64,000 nucleotides of DNA from Octopus vulgaris (taxonomy: Eukaryota): contig OX597831.1 in the NCBI GenBank assembly GCA_951406725.2, forward strand, positions 53,878,001 through 53,942,000, written 5' to 3'. A model generated the notes under the pieces. It had not been told where the DNA came from and searched no databases. It was given only the letters and a program-made list of their open reading frames with translations. Every line of letters begins with the position of its first letter. The first letter of the stretch is position 1. The position numbers were made by a program, and so were the translations under genes. Below, piece by piece: positions 36,601 to 49,800 of the stretch.

Positions 36601-36822
36601 AGTTCATCAGGCGGTAGTGATAGGAAGAGGAGGTGAAGAGAGGAAGGAAGAGGGAAGGAAGAAGAAGTAGAAAGACGTGAAGCTAAAGCAAGCAGTCAAG
36701 TACTAAAGTGATTCTCTCTCATCGTATTGAGTTATAAAATTTTTTCTTCGACAGCTTAATGAAATTTCTGGATTCTGTACACTGTATAAGAAAACAACAA
36801 ATGAAGTGCTGAAAGATTGCAG
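36600..36822 (+). other. Candidate non-coding first exon of a plus-strand gene (start approximate)
   Basis: Purine-rich leader, short uORF MKFLDSVHCIRKQQMKC*, donor CAG|gtaaat followed by T-rich intron-like sequence. Confidence 0.55.
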
Positions 36823-37196
36823 GTAAATATATAGAAATATACACATATATATTGTTCTTTCTTGAAATTTTTCTTTGTTTTTCCTCCTTACTTGGTCGTC
36901 GTGTTTCGCTATCGTATTAGTTACTGTTGTTGTAGTAATGGTGTCATGTGGTTTGGTTGGAGCCACAGCGTGGATTCTTCGCTTTGCAGTTTTCCCCTTT
37001 TCTCTCCCCTCTTTTGTTTTGTTTTTTATTTATTATTATTATTATTATTATGCCAGTTGTCCTTCTCGGGAGAAAAAAATATTTTTTATTCTTTATTACA
37101 TTTAGCTTAATTTCTTTCTAATCAATAAACAACGCGTATCTTTACAGCGGTCCAACATTATTATTATTATTATTCTCATTGTGTTTGGCTTCACAA

Positions 37197-37244
<48 letters not shown>

Positions 37245-37441
37245 TGTGTGTGTGAATGTTAAATGTGTAGATTGATTTATATATATATATGCATATCTTA
37301 GTGCGCGCGCGTGTGTATATAGATCAGAAATTTGATTTATATATATCATATAGATATGCATGTTATATAAGTATATTGATAGATATGTATGTATTATGCG
37401 TGTATATATATATATATGCTAGACTTATAGATGTTTGAGTA

Positions 37442-37475
<34 letters not shown>

Positions 37476-37769
37476 CATACACACATATATACGTACATAC
37501 ACACACGTTTTACAAACATTGTCATACACTCGTCTGCTATGGCGTGTTGTCAAATGTAATCGAAATTATGGGGACGAAACGAACGGATAATTTGTAGTGG
37601 AGAGAGAGAAGGAATTCTCTCTGAAGATGCTGAAATTTAATTATAGGAAGTATTATTTTCCGATGAAAATCTAAGAGGAAGACTTTTATGTTGCGTTTCT
37701 TGGATAAGCTTGTCAAAGCTGTCGGCTGCCTTCATTCAAATCGAAAGCAAATGTAACATGACATTTCTA

Positions 37770-38934
37770 TTATTCGATGTGTGTGTGTTTCTCTATGTAT
37801 GTATGTATGTATGTATATATGTTTGTATGCATGCATGTGTGTATATGTATGCATGTGTTTCTGTATGTATGTATGTAAGCGCTTGTTTCTTTGTATGTGT
37901 GTGTGCATGTAGGTGTTTGTGTTTCTATGTGAGACAAGCATTATATGTGCCTGTGTGTATGAGATTATATACGCGCTTGTACGTGTGTATGAGAGAATAT
38001 GTAGGTGCTTGTGTGAGAGTATGTAGGTGCTTTGTGTGTGTGTGAAAGTATGTAGGTGCTTGTGTGTATGCGTGTGAGTGCTTATGTGTATGAGTGTGTG
38101 TGTGACAGTATGTAGGTGTTTGTGTGTGTGACAGTATGTAGGTGCTTGTATGCGTGTGTGATAGTATGTAGGTGCGTGTGTGTGTGTGTGTGATAGTATG
38201 TAGGTGCGTGTGTGTCTGTGTGTGTGATAGTATGTAGGTGCGTGTGTGTCTGTGTGTGTGATAGTATGTAGGTGCGTGTGTGTCTGTGTGTGTGATAGTA
38301 TGTAGGTGCTTGTGTGTGTGTGTGATAGTATGTAGGTGCTTGTGTGTGTGTGATAGTATGTAGGTGCTAGCGTTTCTTTGCCTGTTTCCATGTGTGTATA
38401 GATGTGGATACTTGTGTTTCTGTGTGTGTGTATGTATATAGGTGCTTGTGTTTCTGTGTGTGTATGTATATAGGTGCTTGTGTTTCTGTGTGTGTATGTA
38501 TATAGGTGCTTGTGTTTCTATGTGTGTATGCATATTAGTGCTTGTTTCTCTCTGTGTGTATGTATATAGATGCTTGTTTCTGTGTGTGTGTATATATATA
38601 AATGCTTGTTTCTGTGTGTGTATGTATATAAATGCTTGTTTCTATGTGTGTATGTATATAAATGCTTGTTTCTATGTGTATGTATATAGATGCTTGTTTC
38701 TGTGTGTGTATGTATATAGGTGGTTGTGTTTCTATGTGTGTGTATGTATATATAGGTACTTGTTTCTTTATGTGTATATATATATATAGGTGCTTGTTTC
38801 TTTGTGTGTATATATATATAAGGTGCTTGTTTTTCTATGTGTGGATGTAGGTGCTTGTTTCTGTGTCTCCTGTGAATGTAGGGAGGTGTGTTATATATAT
38901 ATATAGTGCTTGCGTTTGTATGTATGTAGGTGTT

Positions 38935-38969
<35 letters not shown>

Positions 38970-39600
38970 GTGTGCATGCATTTCTGCGTGTGCATAGCTG
39001 TTTTTGCCTGCGTTTGTGTTGTTGCGTGCTTGCTCCTGCGTATGCGCGTCTGCAAGCGCTTGCGTCTCTCGGTGTGTGTGTCTTCCTATGGTACTTCTGA
39101 TCGTGTGTGCCTACGTGTTCATCTGTGTGCATGTATGCATAGATACAAGTAGACACAATGTCTGTATGCGCTTGACTGTGCAAGTGTACGTGTGCCAACT
39201 TGTATGTATGTATGTATGTGTGCGTGTGTGTGTTTGTTATACATTTTTAACACCAATTAGTGTGGGCTTTGTTCTTTAGTAGTACATATGTAATGTATGT
39301 ATACTTAACTGTATTTATATAGGCATGTATACTTGAGTGTATATATTTATATAGACATATGTATGTGAATGTATGTATATGTCTGTGTATATGTTTATAC
39401 TTGAGTGTATATTTATATAGACATATGTATGTGAATGTATGTATATGTTTATGAATGTGTGTTGGTGCTTGAGTGTGAGACAGCATATAGGTCCCTGTAT
39501 ATCTGTGTGAGAGTGTATACATGCTTGTACGTGTGTATGAGAGTATGTAGGCGCTTGTGTGTACGCGTGATATATATATGTGTGTGTGTGTGTGAGATAT
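37770..39600. repeat. Complex TG-rich minisatellite with recurrent TAGGTGC core
   Basis: ~30-34 bp units GATAGTATGTAGGTGC(GT)n at 38100-38370 and TATATAGGTGCTTGT.TTTCT(GT)n at 38390-38860; ~58-bp duplication at 39330-39445. Confidence 0.9.
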
Positions 39601-39696
39601 GCTACTCATATCTAGTGTCTTCTTAGGCATCACTGAATATTTTACCTTTTATTAATCGAAAGAAGCCTTAATGCAGAGGAAACATTGCACAGCTGT

Positions 39697-39741
<45 letters not shown>

Positions 39742-42489
39742 CATCATCATCATTATCATTATGCCTTGCATGAGTTTAAATACTTGAAAGGAAACAAAAG
39801 CACCCGCCTTTTTTTTTTGTTTTTGTTCCCATTTACACAGGTGATAGTGGTAGGCCTCGGACATACCGTATTATTCTCCACTCACCGACCACTGTACTGG
39901 GCACTTTTTGTTAAGAAATACTTCACGATATATTATTGAAGAAAGAAAGAAAGGGGTTGAAAAAAAATAATAAAATTCGTTTTTCATTTCGTCGCTCGAA
40001 GAAAAAGAAATGTGTGTGTGTAAATATTTTTCGTGCTTTCGTTGTTTGTGGAAAGTTTTATGTAAAGTTTGAATAATGATTTATTCTTCAAATAAGGTTC
40101 TTTTTGCTGAGATTGATTTCGGTAACAATTTTGAAGTTGATGGTAGTCACTACTGCACTAGAGATCTATACTCCAGGTGGTTGGTTGGCTTACATATTCC
40201 TCTTCAAATGTTTATTTTTTTCTTCTTACCATTCTTTGACAAATCTAACAATGTTTGATTTATCGTGTCTTCTCACATCGTATTTTTTTCCATTTAAAAT
40301 AATTCTAAGGGCTCTAAGACTGAACATTGGTTTATACATATTCTGTTATATGCTGTAATCTTTTTTTTTTTTTTTTTTTTTAGTGGAGGAAAAAGATTTT
40401 TTCTCCTTATTGGTGATGTGTTCTATATTATATTTTCATAGTTTTTTTATCCTCTATTTATATTTTTCTGTATTTTTGTTAGACTAATCCAAGGTTTTCT
40501 TCCACTTGCTCCCTTTTTTTATCATTCATAACTGTTGCCGTTGTGGCACGTGAGTTAATTAGGGATTCTTTTCTTCTTCCCCCACCTTTCTCCCCACTAC
40601 ACTTCTGTTTTTCTTTTGCTTTTGTTTTGCAAGCCGACACCTGTGTTTTCTGATATTTCAGACAGCCAGGCATCAGATAGAGTGGGTCGCTAAAAGCAGT
40701 AGTCAGCCATCTGTGACTGCAGCATCAACTGGATGATGTTCTACTTTTAGATTTCACCTTTTATACTATTTTCCCGTGTATATATTTCATTCTAACACTC
40801 ATTTCGGGCTTCGAATTAGACATAATCCTATCGGATTCTTACCGAAAAGATCACTTTACTTGATTTTACTGTCTTTTCTCTCTCTCCTCCCCCGCTCTCT
40901 CTCTCTCTGCAAACATCTTATCTGTACTAAAGTACCAGAAAAGTATATCGTAAACAGTAGAATGTGCAAATGTTAATTTGTATTTTAATTTTAAATATTC
41001 TTTTAATTTTATTTAAAAATAGGAAATTTCGTTCTTACAGCCAGCTTTTATTTAAAAGATATTTCGGTTCCCATTTCTCTTAACATAGCTTTCCTCTCGA
41101 CTCCTTTTAATTATTTCTCCTGAATATATCGTATTTGGCAATCGAATCTTTGTTATCGTTCAATTAACATTTTTTTCTTCTCGCAATGAATGAAAGACAG
41201 AAATAAAGTAGGCTCTTATTTATCTCTATCGTTTCTTGCTTTTGTTTCTGTAGGATTTGTTGTGTAAGGAAAGAAGAGGCACATTATTAATTTTCATGAA
41301 ATTTGAACTTGTGACATAAATACTATATAACCATTACAGTAGTCTATGTATAGTGATTTTGCTGATAGAATTGTTAACTCAAGCAGTGTTGTATGGTAGA
41401 AGGGTTGAGAGAATTATTCGGATAAATTACGATTCGAAACGTTGCGGTTATCACATTTTTCGTTAATATTGTTGTTAAGTTATAGATATTAATGACTGCA
41501 TGTCTGGATCCACACAGGATATGATGTGATGTCTGATTTGTATATAATAATATAATTGCCTCACCCAGCTCTACGATTTGGTTGGATTACGTATATGTCC
41601 GGTCAAATAAGTAACAGCAGGAAAGTTGCTTTTCGAAATTTCCTGTATTAAATAGTGGGAAAACTGCTTTCTTGAATGAAATCGATCTGACAGATAATTT
41701 CTGGGAATTGAAATTTTTTTAGTATACTTTTGGTATTTTTCTAGTTTTAAAATGTAACCATTGTTCATTACAAGTGATGTTTTGAACTGTCCTTCTTTTC
41801 TACTAAACTGTTTCTTTGTCAACGTTCTCATATTTGTTAAATGATTCACCACTTCCACAAATACGGGGTGGGGATGTTTATAATAATAATATTTAGACTA
41901 AACTTATCATAAAAGCTTAGTGTCATAAAATTTTGCGTTTTGGTTGCGAGAAGTAACATGTTTATTCAAGTCTCGAGATATTTTAAATCGTTAAGGGTCA
42001 GAATTTTAAAGGTTTTAGTAGAACTGACACAAAGAATGTTTATGTGGTTTATACCATTTCCTAAAACTATTAGATAACCTTTTTATAAAATGTTGTCACT
42101 TTAGACAATTTGTAGGCAAGCCTGAAGATGGATGCAGGAGTAAGAAGAACCCGTTTTAAAAAGTAATGCAGTAGTTGACTATGGTTTAATATTGAGGTAT
42201 TAAAAAGTTGTAAGAAAAACCTTGATAGAATTTTTCATTTTTCCTTTAAACAGAAGACCTATCTTGGAAGGGAAATTTATTAATTTTCGACATTCTCCCC
42301 TCACAGGGATGCAAAATTGAAACCAGCAGAAATTTGTACTTTGAACATTTTGTTGAGACTACATTCTGTTAAACAACACTGTGCTGTATCTCTACTATTT
42401 ATCGCTAATTCTAGTGACCGAAGTTGGCTAGAATTTAACGAGGCTCTTTCTAAACTTCCTATCTAAATAATTCATAGTTTTATTTTTAC

Positions 42490-42848
42490 CCTTTTTTATT
42501 GTGTCAATCATTGGAGTGCGGCTATGCTAGGGTACTGCTGTGAAGAGGTCCAGTCGAACAAATTGACCCCAGTACTTATTTAAGCCTGGTACTGTTCTGT
42601 CGGCTTCTTTTGTCGAACCGCTGTTACAAGAATGTAAACAAACCAACACCGGTTATCAAGCGGTGGTGAGGTACAAACATCACACACACATGACGGGCTT
42701 CTTTCAGTTTCTGTCTATTCAAATCAATTCACAAGGCTTTGGTCGGCCCGCAGCAATAGTACAAGACACTTGCGCAAGGTACCATGCAATAAAACCGAAC
42801 ACAAGACCACAAGGTTCAGAAGCAAGCTTCTTAAGTACACAGCCACAC
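42490..42848 (-). mobile_element. Major SINE family copy
   Basis: Reverse complement of the 34313-34894 type. Confidence 0.85.
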
Positions 42849-43352
42849 TTGGAGTGTGTAGTTGTTTTATTTTTTGATTTATTTTGTTTACCATCATTTG
42901 ATTTACTTTGGAGGACACAGTTTAATACTTTAAATAGAGCATTTCTTTCTGTATATTCATTTTCATAAATTCAAAACTTGTAGTAAAGTTTTTTTCTGAG
43001 TGAACACTGGCTTATAAAGTATGTTGTATATTTGATTTAATGTTTGTGGAATATTCATATTTGATTTTCTCCAATCTTTTCCTTTTATTCCATAAAATGT
43101 AATAAAACAATATCTAAAGTAAGGATCTCATTAAAATTCCTTATTAACAAAGCACAAAAGTCTTGTATTCTTTAAAATGGAAGACGAGATATTGTGATGT
43201 CCATGTTCCCCCCTATCTCTAGCCATTTGGGGAGTAAGTACAACAGAATAGGGAATTGTTTGAAGATTTACTACTTCGAAGTTTGCTACCTTGCTCTGTA
43301 GTGTTGTACCTAATCATGGGACCTCTTTGTGGTTACTAAAGCTGTTAGAAAA

Positions 43353-43392
<40 letters not shown>

Positions 43393-44572
43393 CTTCCACT
43401 TCATAGACTAATGGAGCCCACACTGGATAGTATAGTCTAAGTTACACTGTTTAATAAAGAATATTTAAAAAAATGGGGCAGTCACATCTAGATTTTCTTT
43501 GATCGTAAGCCTGCTTAATGGTGGCTGACTTGGAATTATATAACTCTTATATCAGCTTTATATATGTTGATAAATTTGCTTGTTGCTGATCAAGTATGAA
43601 GTTTTAAAATGACCAAACAGCTTAATCTTAATAATTCAGCCTTAAGTTTATATTTCCATAATTATGATTTTTAATGTATGAAGAACACTCACCATCAAAA
43701 TGGTTAAATTTATAAACCTGTATATAGCATAGGAAAAAAAGTAAAATTACTTGCTTGCTAATCTGTAAAACTTATGGATTGGAAGAGAATATTGCAGATG
43801 TAACCATCCTTTCTTCCATTTAGGACTACATTATCCAAAGAGTAATTTTTCTTAAGCTGTCAGTGTGATTTGAGAACTTTAGCCATTTCCAGTGGATTGA
43901 CAACTATGTAGAAGCTGTTTTGTGGAAGAGATTGTAATTAAGTTAGACACTGATACCTAGACATGTGTTCATTTTCAGTTCAGTTCCTTAGCATCTTTTT
44001 TTTGACTGTGGATTTGCTTATTTAAATAAATCAAAGGAAATGTAATAAATGCATCAGGCATAGCTATCCCATTTCAAGGAGACAAAACAAATGCGCAAGG
44101 ACAGCTGCAGTGGATGATCTGATTCACTTAGTCACTGCAACAGTGATTGAAACATTTGCAAGGGATGGATGAACAGTTAGATAACTAGTCATTTTTTTGA
44201 CAGTTGAAAAACACTTATTGCTCTATGCAGAAAAATGTGATATGATGTATATGTTAATAAGTATCATGCAAAGGAAAGGAACACCTTGAAAGGAAAGGGC
44301 TTAGATGACTTAACAGATGTGTAATATAAATTTAGAACTATGATACATTGCACACTGAACTGAATAGATGTTCAGTGTGTCTGCTACTGCATGTTAAAGT
44401 AGCTTCTGCAAAACTTCAAACAGGTGATAATTATGAATGATGCATGCTAGGCATAACAATGATATAAGCTGAGTTATTATGCAGCCCCTTATCCAGTAGT
44501 TTTATGGCATATAAGTAATTGAGTGACAAAGCATGACCCACAGATCCATCTTCCAAATATCTCCATCTCACT

Positions 44573-44740
44573 CAGTGGCTCTCAACCAAGGTGTGTATGA
44601 CCCTTGGAGGTTCACATTAGATTTTGCTGTTAAAATTTATGTGCAATAAATTGGTTATACTTCCATAGTTTTTTTTTTACAATTCCTAATAATATTTGAT
44701 TATAAAAATATAATAGGATTTTTAAAACATTGAATCATAG
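44573..44740. mobile_element. Truncated hAT MITE
   Basis: CAGTGGCTCTCAACC terminus; inverted match to the 34186-35022 MITE body. Confidence 0.65.
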
Positions 44741-44859
44741 GGAATGTAGTGTGACAATTTGGACATATTCTGCTCTCTTCACTGTCTAGTTTATCCCTGC
44801 ACTCATGAGATTCTGAGATGGGGGATGGCAGCAGAAGTGATCCAAATGGAGTTTATAAG

Positions 44860-46850
44860 AGCATGATAATTGCTGTTTTGTGAGTATTGTTCATAGTGGG
44901 CATTCCAGCTCAGTATTTGGGATGGTTGAGGTTATTGGTGTTGCACATATTCTGTATATGTTCTTTATGGTTGTTTAGATTGAGTGGAAGAGATAACATT
45001 TTAAAAAATATTGTTGGAGTGTTCTGGGGCATTTGTGTCAGTGTTTGGAAGAGATTTTTCATGTTGTGATAGGAGCTGTTGGGGTTGAAGCTTGCTACAG
45101 CAACAGACTGTGCTCTTGTTCTAGAGACGTGAGAAGAGCCCAGAGTAGTATTTTTTTGCTTAGTGATCTGTTTACCCATTACTTTAGTATAATATGCTTT
45201 TGTGTTCTTTGTATTTGTTTTGGAATTATTGGGGGTCTAGGTAGGATAGGTCTAGTCTATGAAGTATTAAGTACATTGTGGGTATTGTCTGTAATTCCTT
45301 GTAATTTTGTTTTCTATGTGTGTATAGAATGTCGTTGAATATAATAATTGGTTGTATTTGGTTGTTATTGGTAAGAAGGAAGGCATCGTATTTGGTAGGT
45401 GTCACTGTGGAGCCAGGTTTCTGGGTCATATAAGTTGGGTTGGAGTAGTTGGGCAGCAGTGTCTGGTGATTGTGAGGGGATGTTTGTAATTGTGAGAGGC
45501 TGTCTGCATATTTTGTGAAGGTGTGGAAATATCATGAAGACTGAGGCTGAAAGGCTGGTAACAGGATGTTTGAAAGTGCTTTTGTGCATCATTATAGATC
45601 TAGTGGCCTAACTGTTTGTTTGCTAGTGTTTTGTTTTTTAAGATGTTGAATAGTTGAAAGTTTTGCTACTGTGACTAACAGTTTAGTGTGGATTTTTATT
45701 TTGCGTATTATTTGTGTTAGATTTGAGTAGTGTGGTGGTTTTTGTATCAGTCTGAATCTGATTTTGAGAGTGGGTTGTATGAATGGGTGTGCTTACAAGA
45801 GTGATGGGTTTGTATGATATCACGTCGCTTGGATTTTTTGTTAGGCTTTAGAATTGTTTTAACTTTATCCAGCTTCCAGAGCCTGGGAATTTGACAATAT
45901 TGGTATAAGTACTTGTAGATGTTCTTAAGCGCAGTGAATACTTCAAATGTTAGGCATTTTAGGTGTGTGTATGTGGTTTTGTCTGGACTTGAGACTTTTG
46001 AGTTTTCAGATTTCCTTCTTGCATTTGAATGTCTGATGTTAAAAGCAGTCAAAATGTTGGTCTAAGTGCAAGGTACATTTTTTTTTGTGACTGATTTTTG
46101 AGAACTAACGGTGTATGCTTGATAGAGAAGTGTGGATATACAATTTGAGGTTGTTAATGTGACCTGGTGTATTCTGTGACTGTTGTTGATGACTGTGTAG
46201 GGTTTTACTGTTAGTTTTGAGGTTTATATCAAAATCAAATATTATTTTTTTTTATTTCCTTAGTTATTTGATGCCAAACTTTATCTCAGTAGTTGTTTTG
46301 GTGTATTTTTTGAGGTCATCTGGTTTGTTGTTTGATATTTCTGGTGTGTAATTCAGGCTATATTTTTAATGTTACCTTGTTGGATATGTTTTTTGGATGC
46401 ATTTGTAATTTTGTTGAATGTATGTATTGTAATATATATGTTTGTGACTATTGTTGAATTCTGGAAAACCTTCTTTCTGTTTCTTTGTAAAGCTCCTTCT
46501 TGTATTCCTTTTTGTAGTTTGTAAAGGCATTTTACTTTTGTTAATATATGTGTTGTGACAATAATTGGTGGGCGGTTTGAGAAAAGTTGGGGGATTCTTT
46601 TAAGTGGCTATGAAAGCAGACAATGATGTCTGTAAACTTGTAGTTGACTTGGTAAGGTATGCTTGTGTGTTAGTATGAATAGTTTGGTATCCACAAAGGG
46701 AATAATGATGATATAACAATATCCTTTTGTCTTCTAGTTGAAAACCAGGAGGTGTTTAATGTAATGAAGTTCCTCTAGTGATGGGTTTGTTAGTGTTGCA
46801 CTTGGAATGTTTGACCTAGTAGAAGGGTTGATAAAGACAGTAGGTTTATG
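44860..46850 (-). mobile_element. Decayed APE/RT LINE (Jockey/I-group-like)
   Basis: Minus SKVSSPDKTTYTHLK...IPRLWKLDKVKTILKPNK matches the KAPGPD..IPxxWKxAxIxPILKP pre-RT motif; degenerate endonuclease-like residue upstream; strong GT skew on plus. Confidence 0.7.
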
Positions 46851-49800
46851 TGTGTGTATATATATACATATATATATATTCATATAAAATGTTTCATATT
46901 TCTAATTTTTAATTTGAAAGCCTACTCCTCTAGTGTAGAGTTGTTTCCTATTAGTTTACTTTGGCATTTTTGATAACCGTATATTGAATGTAGGTTTTTA
47001 TGTCATGACTGATCACATTGTAAAAGCATCTGTCCAGTCTGATGTGAATGCAATCTGAAATGTTTTGCAAATGATTATAAAATCTTTTAGTTCCACAAAA
47101 GTGTTTTTAATGTTGTTGGTGTTTGTATTGTAGAATTTTATAGCTTTGTCAGGATTTCAAAGTTGTGAATACATTAATTTTTAAATGTATTCAGTGGTGT
47201 ATTTGTGAAGTTGGAAAAGGATATCATTGTTGTTATTGTTAGTGTAATTTTTTATTTAAATTTTAATTTTGGCTAATGATTTCCAGTTAAGTCTATGTTG
47301 CAGGAGGTCAAGAAATTACATCAGTTCTATCCATGGATAAATATTTGAAAGTGATATTTTGATAGGTACTTTAAGAGTATAATCTTGTCTTAGTCTCTGG
47401 TCAACTCTGAGCTGCCAGAACAATGATCAAAGCATTTCCACCACAACTATCACTTCCTATCTATTTAGGACTGCACTTTTCAATGCATCTTTTTTTTTTT
47501 TAAAGATGTGCAGCATGGTTTGGGAATTTGATTGCAAGGTGAGTGACTGTATAGAGGCTGTTTGTGTGGGCTTGCTTTTTATTAAGTGACTTTTTCTGTA
47601 AACATTTTGTTTTTTATAAAGCAATTTAAAATATATAGTGTTTCAATCTTCAGAATTTTCTATTGATCACTTCCTATTTACACCTTCCAATTAAATTTGG
47701 AGTTATCAATCATGACATCAACCCTGCTAAAATATGTTTATTCTTAAGCATTTGCAAATTTCCTATCCTATAGTATTTACTAAACTTATTTTTCCAAATA
47801 TTTTTCATTCTGGGCCTTCCTTTTTGAATGGTGTTTCAGGAATCTTGTCTTCATTGTAACTAAATTACAGTCAGATTTTAATTAACTTGTAGATAACATT
47901 TTCTTTTCTGTAACCAAATCATCTCAAATTTCTACTTTGAAATTCTTGAAAGTTTGCTTTAAGTTAACAAAATCTTTTAATATAAAAAATGTCCACTTTT
48001 CTTATCTTGCAGCTTTTGGCTTCTCAAATTTCAGGAAGTCTGAAATGCTGTTCTTGAAACGGCTTATAGGGAAGATTTTATAGTATACCCCTTTTATAAA
48101 CTTACTTTTTGAAGGAACAACTCCTTTTGTTCTGTTAATTCCCTTAGGCCCAGTTCAATCTTTGCTGCACAGATCTGTGATCAAAGGCATTCCGACCATT
48201 TTCCTCAGCATTGCGTTTCTAGGACTATTATGTCCCCCCTCTTTTTTTTATTTTTTAGCTATATTTGAGGGAGAATTTGCTGCTATTTTCGAATGGTTAT
48301 GTGATCTATCCCTCCCCACCTCCCGTAGAGGTTCCTCTATTGGCTTATCCCACTGTTTGGTTCATCAATAACTGCTACTCTATAGAAGTTGTCATGAACA
48401 GCATTATGAACTACAGCAATGTGCTCAAAAGTATTCTGTAGTACTTTTTGTACTTCGTATTAGTTGCACATACAGCAGATTATTAATTTCCTTTGGCAGT
48501 GTAACCACTAAAGTTTATTCCTGCCCTCTTGATGTTTGTTTATAAAATTCTTTACTGTTTATTTTTAAAATTGACACATGCATATATCTGTATGTATGTT
48601 TATATATTTGTTGTTTTTTGTACTTGTAGATAAAAAAAAAAACCCTCTTATTTCCTCTATTTGAAAATACTAATTCTATTATAAATGACTTAGATAAGAT
48701 AAACATTAAATTTCTTAAAATTGTAACTGTTTTCAATCTACTACATTAGTTTGTTCTATACAAATATTGCTTATATTTTTTATATATGTATAGATAAATG
48801 GTCAGTAGCATTATTTACATTAATAGGGTTGCACCTATTTAAGGGAATGGGATAATTTCTTATTTGCATTTTCTAAAAATTTAATAACCTATATAGAGCT
48901 TAATTACCACTTGGTTCAAAATTTGTTTCAGGCTTACTGTCAACAAATTAAGATATTATCGAATGTAGATAAAATGTTCTCTCCTGTATGTGTGTGCGTT
49001 TGTTTGGTGATGTTATATAGATTTGCCTGCTATACAGTTCATATAACTTGTTTTAGAGAAGAGAGAGAATCCGTCAATAGTTTCATAAACTATTTCCAAC
49101 CACTAGAAATTGTAGTCTTTATGCTATTACTAACTCAACCATTGCCGATAATTATGTTGCCTAGCAGAATTTATCTACTGCTTCCAGTAAGCTATCAATG
49201 AACTTTTGGTCTTTAAATAGGATTTCTTATGAACAAGGCCATATTTTATATAGTTGATTGAATCAACACTGGTAAATAGGGGTACTTTTCTATTAACCCA
49301 GAAGTGGTAAAAGACGAACATGATTACCTAGTAATATTCATCCTTTTAGTTTGATTTTTTTTCCGTCAAGCCCAATTTTCCAGATTAAAACTTAGTTTGT
49401 GGCTGCTTGCGTGACTGTGCTGTATTATTTTGACATGAAAGCTTTCCCAGGTATTCATTCTTGAGTTTTCCAGGGCTAGAATAGGGGAAAAAAGAGCTAG
49501 AGAACATAGCTATGGGGGCCTTTCTTGAACTTTAAATGTCTTGGGCTACTTCTAATCCACTTTTAGTCACTTCAAGTGAATAGCCAGAGCAGTTTTCATG
49601 CAGTTCGTATATAGGTAGCTTCATTATGAATCTTCATTCCGTGAATAAATGAATAAGATTTTAGGGGCTAATAAATGTAAGGTAAACGTTTTATATTTTT
49701 CAGCCAAGAATTGTTTCCTTGTCTTAATACAAGCTAGAACTGTATTATATTTATCTCACTATAACACTATCTATTACTTCTTTTTCTTTATTCAGTTAAT

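Noticed and set aside
37732-39198. Long 200+ aa His/Thr/Tyr-rich ORFs
   Set aside because: Translations of the TG-rich minisatellite; open in several frames, with no protein-like composition.
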